A DNA stretch of 64,000 nt from the human T2T-CHM13v2.0 reference genome, Homo sapiens. Numbering within the stretch: position 1 is the first letter of the stretch; each line of letters starts with the position of its first letter. The stretch is taken from NCBI RefSeq assembly GCF_009914755.1, contig NC_060941.1, one strand, 5' to 3'. Shown here in pieces: positions 1 through 13,033 of this stretch. The translations under genes and the position numbers were made by a program. The notes below the pieces were generated by a model. That model was not told the DNA's origin and ran no database searches. It worked only from the letters and a program-made list of their open reading frames with translations.

Positions 1-2393
1 GGGCCCTGGGCAGCACAGAGCCACTTGGGGAAAGAATAACTGGCACTTAGAGACGCAACTTGGGGTTTGGAAGGCTCTGCAAGCTGCTTCACTGTAAGCC
101 CACACAGCCTCTGGAGTCCCCATGTTTCATGTACTAGGCCTGGAGGCCAGACTGAGGGTGCCGGCTGACTGAGGCAACCAATGCAAACAATCAGCTTCTT
201 CTCTGTCTCCCTGCCCTCTCCTGACCAGCTTCACAGGGATTCAGACCCCCATCTCAGTTGGCATCCCCCACTGCCCATCACCACTGCTTCCCTGCACTGT
301 CACTCCTCCCATGGGCTCATCTGCTAGTGCCAGGGAACGTTAGCCCAGCTGACTTCTTCGGGGATCGGGGAAGGCTGAACGCAAATCTGTACAACTGTGG
401 GCACCCAGACACCCATCGACAGAGGGAGCAGGAGAAGACCCCAGTGGTTGCTGCCAGAACTGTGTGAGCTGCTGAGAGATTCCCCGGTAGATTGACCCTA
501 CTTGCACATCACTCCTTCAATGAACAAATCAAATGAATCCTAAATGCTCAGGTATCTACCATCCTGGACTAGTTGAGTCTCCTCAGCCTTGGCCCATGGA
601 CCAACACAGGAATGCCCATGTTCTCCACGTGCTCCTGAGAAATAATTTCCTGCACCACTGAAGTGGATGCCCCCACCCTGCCGCACATCTCAGCCCTGTC
701 CTCCACCCATTTCCGCTGGTGGCACTACTAGCTCCGGCCTCCTGCTCAGTTTGGGGCTCTATCTGTCTTCTGTGCTCCATTACCTTCCCCCATGGCCTCT
801 AGGGGCTGGGGAGGGGAGAGTTGGAGGGGGGCTGCTTAAGAGATTTTTGGAATCAGTGCCTGCGCATCACCCGCTGCCATGAGTTATTTCAGCGCTGATG
901 TTTGTCTCGAGCTGATTATTCCAGCCCGAGAACAGGTGGAGCAGCCTGCGGTGGTTTATTCGTCAGCCAAGGCCATCTGTTCCCAACAAGCTGAGATTTG
1001 TAGCTGATTTCTGCTGGGGAGCAAGGAGTAGGGGTGGGGAGGGAGAGGGAGATCACACCCACACCCCAGGGGACTTGCTCCTCCCAGACCTGCCAGGATG
1101 CCTCAACCCCTGGGCTTCCCTTTTACTAGGGATCCCACATTTTCCAATTTCTCAGAGAAACTCACTGGTCACTCAAGTCAGCAACAATACTTCCCTAAGG
1201 GGCTACACCTTCTTAGATGGAACCATGTATTAGAAGCACAAATCTACCAGCCAGGCACAAAGTCTGGCCACTGAGCCATGTCCCCACCTTGCAGATCTTA
1301 AAAAAAAAAAAAAAAAAAAGTATATCACTATGACACAAATGTCCTAAATGACCTTCTCAACTCTTGGCTCCTCCTCATCCCAACCCCACTGCCAGTCCCT
1401 TTAACAAAAACAGCCTCACCTAAACCGATCACCTGCAGGGCTCTCAGCTGCATGGGAGGGCTTGATCTAGATGCTCTTGTCTCATCTGCGCTGCTCGCCT
1501 CCCCTAAATACCCTGTTCATGTTCCACCCTCCAATCTGTTCCTCTTCCAGCTTCCCTCTCAGCCATGCCGAGAGAAGCCTGCTGCTTTAAGAATGGCTTT
1601 CCCTGAGCAAGGGATCTAAGCAGTTTCTAAGCAGCTTTGCCACACGGTTTACCCCCTCCCGCCCACCCGCCTGCTATGATTTCTGTATATGAAATGTTGG
1701 GAAAGAAGTGATTCTTATAATCATGCTAATATGACAATTTGGGGCCTTCTTTGGTGTTGCTACACACATCTGTACTGACTTTTAAAAATTGTATGAAAAC
1801 TTGGTATTGAAAGCACAGCCACTTCATCTATAACCCCACATCCCCAGGTAAAACTACTTATAGTTTTCAGAGGTCCCTTCTAATATTTATTTATTGATCT
1901 GTGTTTTCCCTTCTACTTTTGTCATGTCTATATGTAACCTTAGGAACCCATTAACAGAGCTGTAAGACTGCCTCACTTTCTAGTTGGTTCTCTAGGCTTA
2001 TTTTGTCGGTTCCTGGGAGCAGAAGCTCCTTTCTACTATTAAAACCTGCCCAGTGGCTGAGTATGTTTCCACCAGAAACAGTAGCTCCCACAGATGTTCT
2101 CCGGAACCCACAAAGGCAGGCCATGAGACCTGTGCTTCCAGGGCAGAACCTTCCAGGGAGTGCACTCACTAGGGTCACTCTTCCTTGGACAGTAGTCCCC
2201 CAGCAGTCCTCAAGCAAGGGTGCCAACCTGCAGTTGATGCCAGGCCCCAGGGTTAAGATGAGCCATGAGACCTCTTTCATCACATACAATTTTATATTTG
2301 CCTGGCTGCCTGTCACTCACCGGTCTTTCAAAGTGCTAATGTTTCCGAAGCTATTGGCTATATCTTCCCCATGCAGAGATTTTTTTAAACTCC

Positions 2394-2940
2394 TTTTTTT
2401 CTTTTTGAGACAGAGTCTCACCCGTCGCCCAGGCTGGAGTGCAATGGCATGATCTCGTCTCACTGCAAACTCCACCTTCAAGTGATTCTCCTGCCTCAGC
2501 CTCCCGAGTAGCTGGGATTACATGTTCCCGCCAACACGCCCAGCTAATTTTTTTTTTTTTTTTTGAGACGGAGTCTTGCTCTGTCGCCCAGGCTGGAGTG
2601 CAGTGGCTCGGATCTCTGCTCACTGCAAGCTCCGCCTCCTGGGTTCATGCCATTCTCCTGCCTCAGCCTCCCGAGTAGCTGGGACTACAGGCACCCGCCA
2701 CCATGCCCGGCTAATTTTTTGTATTTTTTTAGTAGAGATGGGGTTTCATCGTGTTAGCCAGGATGGTCTTGATCTCCTGACCTCGTGATCCACCCGCCTC
2801 AGCCTCCCAAAGTGCTGGGATTACAGGCGTGAGCCACCGTGCCCGGCCTAATTTTTGTATTTTTAGTAGAGAGGGGGTTTCACCATCTTGGCCAGGCTGG
2901 TCTCGAACTCCTGACTCCAGGTGATCCACCCACCTCAGCC
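2394..2940 (-). mobile_element. Older, 5'-truncated AluS-type element split by a nested AluY-type element (2549-2848)
   Basis: Right arm 2394-2544, full Alu 2549-2848, then left arm 2849-2940; flanking aactcctttttttt duplication. Confidence 0.9.
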
Positions 2941-3825
2941 TTAACTCCTTTTTTTTTTAAATTTCCATTTTCAAATTCCCTAGTGTCCTCTCTTTCCCAA
3001 ATCCATTTGCTGCTTTTCCTAATCTAGTCAGATCATAGATGTGGCACAAAACATATAAAAATTTCTTAAAATGTGGAAACTCTTTGACTCTTAAGCCACT
3101 TCAAATATAATTTGGCTGGATAGTGTCAAAACGTAATATCCTTTTTGAATTTTCTTTTCTTCTAAAACTGTCATAGCTGACTTTTGATATCTACAGCAAA
3201 TTCTATCTGCACATATAAGTATTCCACTGGGGGATTTATGTGACTGACTTCAGTCGCAAAGCACACACTCTTTTTGGAATCTCCCTTATGTTTATGACCC
3301 ATCTCTGGGGCTCACGCTACAGAAGACTCAATTTCTCTGTACAATTCCTTCTAAACACATCCAGTATCCTTGTTAACTCCAAAATGGCTACTGCTCTGGA
3401 AATCTTTCCTCCCAGATCAAATAGCAGGGAATGGTCTGGATTGTTGTTGTACTGTAATGAAATTAGACTGAAGTGAATATAGCTTAAAATATGCATTCTG
3501 AGCGATGTGGAACTGTTATTCATATTGCTGGCACAGTGGGAGTGAAGTGAAAATGTGATAATATATGGGGGATGCTCTGAAAATTGTGAAGCGCGACGCA
3601 AATGTGAAGTAGATATTTTCCCCCCAAATTGCCAAGAAGCGTTTCCTTTCTGAGGCCAGGACTTGGCGAATGCCAGGCACACGCGATTTGAGATGAGGAC
3701 CATGGTAGTGATTCTTTGCTTTCTTGCCTCTCACTGCATCCTCTGCCAAGGCCAGAATAGTTAGGAGACGCCTGGCCAGCTGCTGGAAGCAAGTTGAGGA
3801 CTCTGCTTAGAAAGATGACATCACC

Positions 3826-3950
3826 CCTCAGCCTCAGTTTTCTTTCCAGGATGACGTCTTCACAGAGTTGTGATGGAGGTGAAATGAGATTTTGTAGGGC
3901 AAAGTGCTTAAGCGCTGGGGTCATCATAGTAAGTGCTCAACAAATGGGAA
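3826..3950 (+). mobile_element. MIR fragment
   Basis: ctcagcctcagtttt...aagtgctt...catagtaagtgctcaacaaatg. Confidence 0.65.
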
Positions 3951-3963
3951 CTGTTGTTGGTCC

Positions 3964-4436
<473 letters not shown>

Positions 4437-4510
4437 TAATCATTAAAAGGGCAACACAGATGGGCTGCCCATCGGCGGCTTGAAAACCCATTTCTTTTAA
4501 GGGGAGTGGC

Positions 4511-4610
4511 TTCTGGGAAGTGCGTAAAGAACCTCCAGGCAGGGGCGGGACCAGAGGGCCACGTGCGCCAATGAAAAGTGGATATGCAAATATATATATG
4601 AATATGCTAA
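4511..4610 (+). promoter_or_regulatory. Promoter/enhancer-like motif cluster (STAT, GC box, E-box, CCAAT, octamer, TATA-like)
   Basis: TTCTGGGAA 4511-4519, GGGGCGGG 4542-4549, CACGTG 4560-4565, CCAAT 4568-4572, ATGCAAAT 4584-4591, TATATATA 4591-4598. Confidence 0.5.
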
Positions 4611-4904
4611 CGAGCTCTCGGTTTCCCAGTGAATGGTAGGGCACAAGCCTGGACTGGCAGAGCGGGCTAGGGAAGAAGAGGAAATGAGAGGACCTCGAGG
4701 TTCAACCGAGTGTCTGAATGGAAACTAACTCCCGACAGACCATGCACAACGTTTCTTCCACAGCACCCGGATCTCGAAGCCCCACTGGGCATCAACTGTC
4801 AGTCCCTCACTAGGGGGGATGAAGGGGGAGGGCGTGGGAGATTCTTTTGGCTGTGGTAAGGAGCTCTGAATTTAGAAGCCAGAAGGTTCTTGCCAGCAAT
4901 ACTA

Positions 4905-4985
4905 CCTTGTTTCACAGATGGGGAAACTGAGGCCTGACAGGTTAAGCCCCTTCTCCAAGGTCGCAGTGCTAGACGCAGAAGAACT
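4905..4985 (-). mobile_element. MIR core fragment
   Basis: acagatggggaaactgaggc...ccaaggtcgcag. Confidence 0.65.
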
Positions 4986-5863
4986 CAGTTTGGCAGGTTT
5001 TGTCTATTTTTGCTTTGTTTTCATTACTGCACGGGGGCACCACTCTGGAGGTGAAAAGGCAGCAGCCTGAAAGGCGGCAGAGCTTGGTACATTACCGAAC
5101 GTGTCGGACTGCCCACCAGGCTGGAGGTTTTAGAAAATATGTCCTAGGAGAAGATGGAAGGAGTCAGGGTGGCCGCCAGTAGAAGCAGGCAAGGACAAAT
5201 TATCATAGACTTGTCTGGAATGTGTTGCTATATAAAAGGTGACGAAGTGTTCCAGCTTCCCAGAGAACCGGTGCAGTGGAAATGAACGGGGAACAGAAGG
5301 GATTAGGGTTAGATTTAAGGCAGTACTTTCTCCCAGGGATGATAATGGGGCCCTTCATTCAGTGACCAAGGCAGGCTAGGGACTCATCCCCCTCCCACTT
5401 CCGAGGCCTTTGGGAATCCATTTCCCTCCAGTCCCACACGGCCAGCTTGGAGGTCAGGAATGAATTAGAAGACTTTGAAAAGTCCCCACTATTCAGGTAG
5501 GCGATCCTTTCCCTGGATGGGCCTCCTGGGCTCTTTGCTGAGGGTAAGGACAGCAGCCGCTCTGGCTCCAGGGCCCTGGGGAAGAAACAGCAGTCATGGC
5601 ATCTCTTGCAACACGCTCCCTGCCAAATTGATTCAAATTGGCTTGGATATGAACATATGATTAAAGGAGCGGCGCAATTCATTTATCAGGAGAGATTAAA
5701 GAGCGGCATCTGCGCAGCCTAGCTGGGGGACAATTAAGGAGCAAATCGCTAAGTGTCTTTGCCACCAGGCAAGTGGGTGGAGGATGGGGCAAGGACAACT
5801 GGGATAATCTGCCAAGGAGACACAAAGACAAAAGAAGACCATTTAGGGGTCACTGCCTGCCAC

Positions 5864-5869
5864 TTTATT
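5864..5869 (-). terminator. Distal polyadenylation signal AATAAA
   Basis: tttatt on + strand, followed on the minus strand by a GU/U-rich tract (tcttcttttgtctttgtgt, ~5820-5838). Confidence 0.65.
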
Positions 5870-6429
5870 TTCTGGGCACAGACTGGGCACCATGGGGAGT
5901 CCCACAGGGGCACTGGTTCCCGCCCATGCTTATTCAGGAGTCAGAGCAATCCCGGGGATCTGCAGTTATAGAGGAGGATCTAGCAGGCTGGCTTTGAGCC
6001 TGGCAAAGGGCCAGATTTGCCTTCTGCAACATCTTAGGGACCAGAGGTACCATGAGTGTACAGGTAAGGTCAACAGCAGAGCCTTCAAGGTACACCCAAA
6101 ATAAAGATGGGCTTTGGTGGCCCTAAAGGCTCCTGGACTCCTCTGGGGCCAAGGGAATTGTCTCCTTCTCAACTGAAACTTGGAGAAGCACTGGTCATGT
6201 GACAATGCACAGCCAGCCTGTGGCATGTTCTACCAGCACCTCTCTTTCCCTGCCCCAGGACCTTTACTTAAACTCTTCTTCTTCTCAATATGCCTTTCCC
6301 AGCAACTGTACCTGTGGAAGTGCTATTTTCAAGCCCTGGTCAAAATAGCAGCTCCTTTTAGAGGCTTTCCCAATCCTCCCCGCCAAAGAGAGCATCTCCC
6401 TCCATAGTATGTCCAAAGCAACCTCTTCA

Positions 6430-6690
6430 TCCTTGTTAGGTCTTATGTAATTATTTCCACATGGGTCTGCTCCAGCCCTCGTCCGCAAAACCCTGGAGGA
6501 TGGATACTATGATGTGTTCCTCTCTACCCACTCTAAGCTTATGCATACTAGCAGGTGCAGCATGTATTTTGTGTCTACCTTCCTCCACTTTATGAAGGAA
6601 GGGACCTTATCCATCACCAGCACCCAGAATGGGGCCTAGGCACAGCAGGCAGTCATGAAATATTTCTCAACTGTTAAGCAAATGAATATG
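6430..6690 (+). mobile_element. L2 3'-end fragments
   Basis: ccagcacccagaatggggcctaggcacagcaggc...aaatattt...aatgaat. Confidence 0.5.
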
Positions 6691-6961
6691 TTTTCTGACT
6701 TGAACAAAGCTTTTTACCCCAGGCCGGGTTATTGGAGGTTGATGTTGGAGTTTCCAGTTAACCAGAGGCTTGACTCAGTATGAGTGAACAGATTTGGGAA
6801 TTCATCTAAAGGTGGCAGGGAGTTTGTCACACTAGTCCCTAGTAGAAACAGAAAATGTACCACGCTATGTGAAAACAGGAATAAAAGATGAGAGTGACAG
6901 AACTGAACATAAGCTAGCAGCCTTTTTTTTTTTTTTTTTTTTTGTAAAAAAAAGTAACTTA

Positions 6962-7250
6962 GGCCAGGCACAGTGGCTCATGCCTATAATCCTAGCACTT
7001 TGGGAGGCGAGGCAGGCAGATCACTTGAGGTCAGAAGTTCGAGACCAGCCTGCTCAACATGGCGAAACCCCGTCTCTATTAAAAATACAAAAATTAGCCA
7101 GGCGTGGTGGTACACGTCTGTTAAGTCCCAGCTACTCGGAGGGTTTAGGCAGGAGAATCGCTTGAACCTCGGGAGGTAGAGGTTGCAGTGAGTTGAGATC
7201 ATGCCACTGCATTCCAGCTTGGGCGACATAGCAAGACTCTGTCTCCAAAA
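6962..7250 (+). mobile_element. AluS
   Basis: ggccaggcacagtggctc... dimer; aagtaactt target-site duplication. Confidence 0.95.
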
Positions 7251-7482
7251 GACAAGTAACTTCCCTTTTACTATTGTTTCTATCCTCTTCTCTGTTCTAT
7301 CGTGGGGCAATGGAGGGGGCAGTCTCTGTTCGAGACAGATCCACTTCACACTCTGTCCCATTCATTTTGGGGGAGACTTTTCTCCCTTCTTCCCTTTTGG
7401 ACTCTTTCTGGATGGCTGACATTATCAGAGCCTCGGCACTTGGGCTGTTTGCTATTTTTTCCCACCCATCTGTCCAAACTAC

Positions 7483-7488
7483 TTTATT
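7483..7488 (-). terminator. Possible intermediate AATAAA
   Basis: tttatt on + strand. Confidence 0.3.
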
Positions 7489-7789
7489 CATTCAGGGATT
7501 ATAACTGGCCACACTACAGAATGAGAAGGTAGAAGGTAGAAGAGGAGGAGGGGTGTCATTTGTTTCTTGCCTTTCTGCATGAGCTGCCTCTTAGCTGTCA
7601 ATGAAGGAACAAAGCATGGAGTAGGGCATGAAGACAGGGACCGAGCAGGGCAGAGACAGCACTCCCAACCTATTCACATTGCCCTGTGGGCCCGAGCTAG
7701 TTCTGCCAAGTTTTGATCAAAAAGTCACCTTTGAAATGGCTAAAATTAAGCTTTTAAAAAATGTTCTAATGAGAAGGGCTTGAATCCAA

Positions 7790-7873
7790 AAAGAAAGAGA
7801 ATGAAAGAAAGAAAGAGAGAGAGAGAGGGAGAGAGGGAGGGACGGAAGGAGGAAGAGAAGAGAAGAGAAGAGA
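7790..7873. repeat. GA-rich simple repeat
   Basis: gaaa/ga/gagaa units. Confidence 0.85.
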
Positions 7874-8254
7874 ATCTCTGTAATTGGTGAGATTTAACAA
7901 TCAGAGGGACCTCAACATTCCCTTGTGGAGGCTAGGGAGGATGAGGCTTGGAGTCTCTGCCACCCTTGCTAACCTGAATCACAGTCCCTAGGCTCTTCAC
8001 ATAAAAGGTGGGGCTTGTGTCTTCCTTGGCCAATCCCCTCATTCCACTACCTCTGCCTGCCCCAAAATGAGCTGCCTAGGCTCTTTAAGTGGCACTGGTC
8101 TGACACTTTGGGGAGCAGGCCAGAGACCAGGGTGATGCCCTCACGGTCCCCATCAGAATCCTGCCTCTGCCCACCACCCCCAGGACCAATCCAGACTTTG
8201 CCTGAGCCTGAAGGAACAGGCAGGAAAACTGGCGCAGCCAGGAGGAAAAGGGCC

Positions 8255-8260
8255 TTTATT
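8255..8260 (-). terminator. Proximal polyadenylation signal AATAAA (MYO18A/TIAF1)
   Basis: tttatt on + strand, ~1.2 kb after the MYO18A stop. Confidence 0.8.
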
Positions 8261-8569
8261 TCCATACATCGGGTAAACAGGGGAGAGCACAGCCCAGTGA
8301 GTACAAACCAATTGCAGGAGAGAAGGGGGGCGGCAGATGGGAGCAGCACCAGGCACTGCACTTGGGCTCCCAAGTCTGGTGGAGTTCTCAGGGATAACCT
8401 TTTTAGGGTGGGGGCTGGGACCTCCAGACCACATGGTGTTGTGTCTGGGATAAGTGTGTGGGGGCAGGGAGGTTGGAAGAATGACACGGGCTCAGGACAC
8501 AGAGTGAGGACTCATGTCTAATGAGCACCGGCCAAAACTTCCATCTTCAGTTTTTCTGATCACAAGTCC

Positions 8570-8917
8570 TCAACCCCAAGCCTTCCCTCTCAAGTTGAGT
8601 TTATGGTCCAGACCACCTGGACAGAGCAGGAGGGAGGCAGTGCTTGGATCAGCCCTGAACTGCTGTAGTTGGAATGGGTTTACCTTAAATAGGTCATTGC
8701 ACATAACACGCTGAGACAAAGAGGGTGGGGTGGGGGCTGGAGGTGCGGATGGTCCACACACACACTTGTCTGCGTAGGCTTGCTCAACCCAGCCCAGCAG
8801 CACCGGAGAGCCCCTCCGCACCTCATTCTTAAGAACCTGGACCCGGCTCTCCTCACCAGCGTCTCCAGCTGCACAGAGAAAGGACTGCTCTCTGAAGGGT
8901 GAAGATGGAGATGACAT
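8570..8917 (-). CDS. TIAF1: TIAF1 (TGFB1-induced anti-apoptotic factor 1), 115-aa intronless ORF inside the MYO18A 3' UTR
   Basis: MSSPSSPFREQSFLCAAGDAGEESRVQVLKNEVRRG...RGKAWG recognised; ATG 8915-8917, TGA 8570-8572. Confidence 0.85.
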   Translation of the reverse strand: MSSPSSPFREQSFLCAAGDAGEESRVQVLKNEVRRGSPVLLGWVEQAYADKCVCGPSAPPAPTPPSLSQRVMCNDLFKVNPFQLQQFRADPSTASLLLCPGGLDHKLNLRGKAWG

Positions 8918-9487
8918 TCCCGAGTCGTTCTTGGGAGCCCCAGCTACCACTACAGCCCCCTCCCACTCTCAGGGATGCAGCTGTGATGGAGAGGTTGGGT
9001 ATTTAAATTAAAAAGTAGAAAGACAGCAGGCACCAAGAAGAGAGAGCCCCCACCCCACACGAGAGGGAAGGCACTGCTTCTCCTCCCCCAATCCTCCCCA
9101 TGGACCCAGCAACCTAGAGTGTCCCAGTAGGCAACCTGTCCACCGTCCCTGAGCAGGGAGCTGAGAGGGAGGTCAACGTGCTGGCTCCATGCAGTGCCAG
9201 GCCACCTGCCGCTGCCCACGGTGACACAGGGTAGAAGCCAAGAGTCTGGCATTTTGAGACAGAGGAGCAAAAAGTTCTCTTCAGAAACTCCTCTTTCCCC
9301 CACCTCTTCCACGTGGAGACATCAGACACCCATAGCCTGGAAAGTGCCCCTGACAGAAGAAGGTCAGGGTGTTTCCCATGCAGATCAGCAGTCGGGTGGG
9401 GGAGACCGGTGCCCCACCACTTCCTGGGAGAGGTGCCCAGGCAGCCACAGGCCCTGGGGTGAGAGGGCTGCCAACCACTCCCCTGGG

Positions 9488-9632
9488 CTATGCGTTAGTC
9501 TCCGTCAGCTTGGCCTCTGTGTCGCTGTCACTCAGATAACTGTGGGAGTATCGCGGTCTGGAGGTGTTGTCGAGAGGGTCGTGCTCATCATCTGACCGAT
9601 CAGGGGCAAGGGACTTCCAGTAGCTGGTGGGG
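9488..9632 (-). CDS. MYO18A: MYO18A last exon, coding part [47 protein letters not shown]
   Basis: ctgcag acceptor at 9633-9634; TAG at 9488-9490; recognised C-terminus. Confidence 0.95.
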
Positions 9633-9854
9633 CTGCAGGGACCGAGGAATAAGGTTAGGGACAAATGACACTCCTACCATTAAGCACGCACGCCTTTGGT
9701 TCTGGAGGCCCACAAAGCTGCGTCAGAGCACTCCCCAAAAGCCAAACATTGTTAAGTAAAAACCTTCCTTGGCTTACTTAGAAGATACTCAAAATGCTAA
9801 GAGGAAGGAGACTCTGGAAGCTTTTAAAGCTCCGAGGAAAGGGATGCTGAGAGC

Positions 9855-10025
9855 AGTGAGTCTCGGACTCAAGCGTGCATAAGAATCTGATGCAGGTTCC
9901 TGGGCCCTTCCTCTTAGAAACCTTGAATCGCTGGCTTTTGGGTACAACCCAGTAATTCTGCATTTTCAGTCCTTCCCCAGAAGGCTCTGAAGCAGGCAGT
10001 CCGTGAACCACATTGGCTTGGAGAC
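9855..10025. mobile_element. MER5-like hAT DNA transposon fossil
   Basis: gcataagaatc...tgcaggttcctgggccc...ctgcattttca...tccccag...accacatt resembles MER5. Confidence 0.5.
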
Positions 10026-10829
10026 TGGAGGTCTGGTGAGTACAACTTGTCTAGGGTAGGGGCTCTCTTAGGCGAGTGATTCCTAAAAAGATTCCTTCTG
10101 AGGAGGAGGCGCTTTCCCTGTCAAATACTCCCAGATCTGAACCCTTTCCCCTAATGATGGCTCCCTGAGGCCTGTGAGAATTTTCAGCTTTGACCATGCC
10201 ATCATCTACTAACAAGAAATGGAGGCTCAGGAAGGAGAGGCTGGGAAGACCTGTTTTAGGATGGCCCAAGGGGAAAAGCCCCTTTCTTGGTACAATAACA
10301 TAACTCAGAGTCTTCATCAGGCCTCTGGCTCTGGAGGCCTCCAGCTATCCCAGATGTGAAGAGGCCTCTTCCCCCTGATGGAGCAGGATCACAGCACTGA
10401 ACAGGGAAGAGGGGACCTCATCTCACAGCTCCATTCACCTTCTCTTTTCTTTCTCCCAAAGCCTTGGGGCCACCTTTCCCGTACTCCTCCTGCCTCCACT
10501 GCCTCCGTCAGTTCAAGTGCACTCTCGTTTCAACACCATTGGAGAAAACACAGCCCAGTGTGGCTCCTCTCCTACTGATGCCCCACACTCGGCGTGGTCC
10601 CTGGAGCTGCAGCCCTGCCTCCAGATCCTAGAGTTCCAACTTGGGCAAGCAGGAGTTCCATGTTCCCTGCTGCCTATAATTCTGACTTAAGCTGAAAAGG
10701 GACCTTTGTTTACTAGCCCTTTTAAAGTTCTATCCCCAAACCAAAATAGGAGGAGTCAGCGTTCTGCGGCAAGAACCACCTTCTTAGCTTTTCCCAAGGT
10801 GGCAGTGAGAGATGCAGAGGGCAAGATTT

Positions 10830-11010
10830 GGTCACTGAGTACTCCTATGTGTAAGACACGGCCTAGGCATGTGAGATAGGCTATCTTACTCTTCACAATA
10901 ACCCTATGAAATATTACGAGGAAGCCAGTCCAAAGAGATGAAAGGATCTTCCCCAAGGCCACACAGCCAGTATGTAAACTTGAATCTGGGACTCTTAGAC
11001 CTCAAAGACT
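10830..11010 (-). mobile_element. MIR
   Basis: actgagtactcctatgtg...cttcacaataaccctatga...ccaaggccacacagccagt. Confidence 0.65.
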
Positions 11011-12744
11011 TTGGACGACTTCACCCCGCCACTCGATTGGTTGACCTGAGATTAAAAAAAAAAAAAAAAAAAAAGGACCAAACCTGAATTCTCCTGCTGG
11101 CTTGGGCAAGTGCCCAGGGGTTATGTAAAGAAAGGTCGGTCTCTATCCCTGGGGGAAAGGAAGAGGCTGATAGAATACATGTTCAATTATGCAAAATGGT
11201 TCAGGAATGGGGCAGTCTGGTTAATAGTTATCGTATTTCTCATGAATGAATTACCATTTTTAAAGGAATCAGGATAGCACAAAACACATTTAACACAAAC
11301 TAGACTGAACATAAATGAGTCTTACTTTGATAGGCCAAAGGCACTTAGGGACTCTGGGGGGGTTTCTAGGACAAAATTATAAAGCTCACTGATGACTATG
11401 CAATATAGAAAAAAATTGGGGTTATTTTAGCTTTGGGGTTGTTTGAATTCTAAATTAGTGGGAGCCTGGTTTGGTTCTCATTCTTTACATAGAATTTCTG
11501 GGCACTCAGGGCTAGGATCTGCCGTTAGGCTAAGGAGTGCCTGGCTTTGTGGAAAGACAGTGGGGTTACTTTGTGAGCAGAGCGGGGCGAGGCAGATGCC
11601 AGGGCTGGAATCCAGATGCAAATGAGGTGCTGCTGGCGAGCTCCAAGGCACTGTAAATTGCTGAATCAGGGCCCCTCTGGTCCTTTCCATTGCCTCACCT
11701 CTTTTTAAGGTGGGGGCTCCAGTCCCCAAGCCCACATTCCTGTACCTGCTAGGCAGACACCTGGATAAATGACAGCCGTGTTTCCATACTGTTTCATCAA
11801 GACGCTGGGCAGTGGCAGGAGCTGCCGGGGAGGTGGTAAACTCCATGTCTCTCTCTGCCTTGGGCTGCGGACCCACGAGATTGCCCTTGCCCGTAGCTTG
11901 GGTGATCTTTAGCCATTCTTAGTGGCTTCCACTGCTCCAGCCATCAGGGAGTCAACAGCAGGCCGCTGCCCTCCTCTCCAGGGCAAGAGTCAGAGCTGGC
12001 AATTTGAACATTTTAACCAAATTGTTTAAAAAAGCCTTCCTCCTCACAAGCCAGCGTCTCCTGCTCAGCACTGTCACAAACAATTTGGTACATAAGCTAA
12101 TTCCTGCCAGGCAAGCCCAGGGCGGCAGCTCCCCTCCCCTTGACTTTGCTATGGAAGCTGCGTTCCTGTTGCAAATTCTTGCTGGTCCTCATCACCAGAT
12201 GGGAAGCTAAGTGACTGCTCCATCCCATGCCCCCACCCCAAAGCCAGTTGATGCTGAGCACCACTGAGGTCCTCCCTCCCCTGGCCTTCTCCCTCTGGCT
12301 CCGTGTTGGTTGGCTAGGTTCTGGCTTGATGGCCACTCTACCAACAGTGAATCCAATCCTCCTTGGAGCGGGTGGTATATATGGCGTCAGGACTACTCCA
12401 GCTTTCCTGGTGGAAAAGAGGAACTGCGCTGGTGGCTGGTGGAAGAAACAGGCTTTTGGTCTTTTTGTTATTGCTGGTTGTGGGGTCAAGGGTGATGGTG
12501 GGCTGAGGGCATTGGGGTCTGAAATCTGCCAGTTGCCAGTCAGTGTGGGATGGCCCAGCTTTAGGCCCATGTCCATCTGGGGGTAGAGGCGCAGTGTGCA
12601 ACAAGGCCTGGCCCTCTTTGCTTTCCAAACCCCTCTCCCAGGTCCATCAGCTGACTTCCTGCCCTAGGGGTGTGGGGCACTTAGCAGGGCTGCTAAGAGG
12701 AAGGCTGAGATGCCTGATCAAATATTGACTCATATATATATATA

Positions 12745-13033
12745 TTTTTTGAGATGGAGTCTCGCTCTGTAGCCCAGGCTGGAGTGCAGTGGTGCGATCT
12801 CGGTTCATTGCAACCTCCGAGCCTCCCGGGTTCAAGCGATTCTCCTGCCTCTGCCTCCCAAGTAGCTGGGACTATAGGCATGCGCCACCACGCCCAGCTA
12901 ATTTTTGTATTTTTAGTAGAGACGGGGTTTCACCATCTTGGCCAGGCTGGTCTCAACTCCTAACCTCAGGTGATCTGTCTGCCTCAGCCTCCCAAAGTGC
13001 TGGGATTACAGGTGTGAATAACCATGCTCGGCT
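12745..13033 (-). mobile_element. AluS with (TA)n-derived tail
   Basis: Reverse Alu dimer. Confidence 0.95.
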
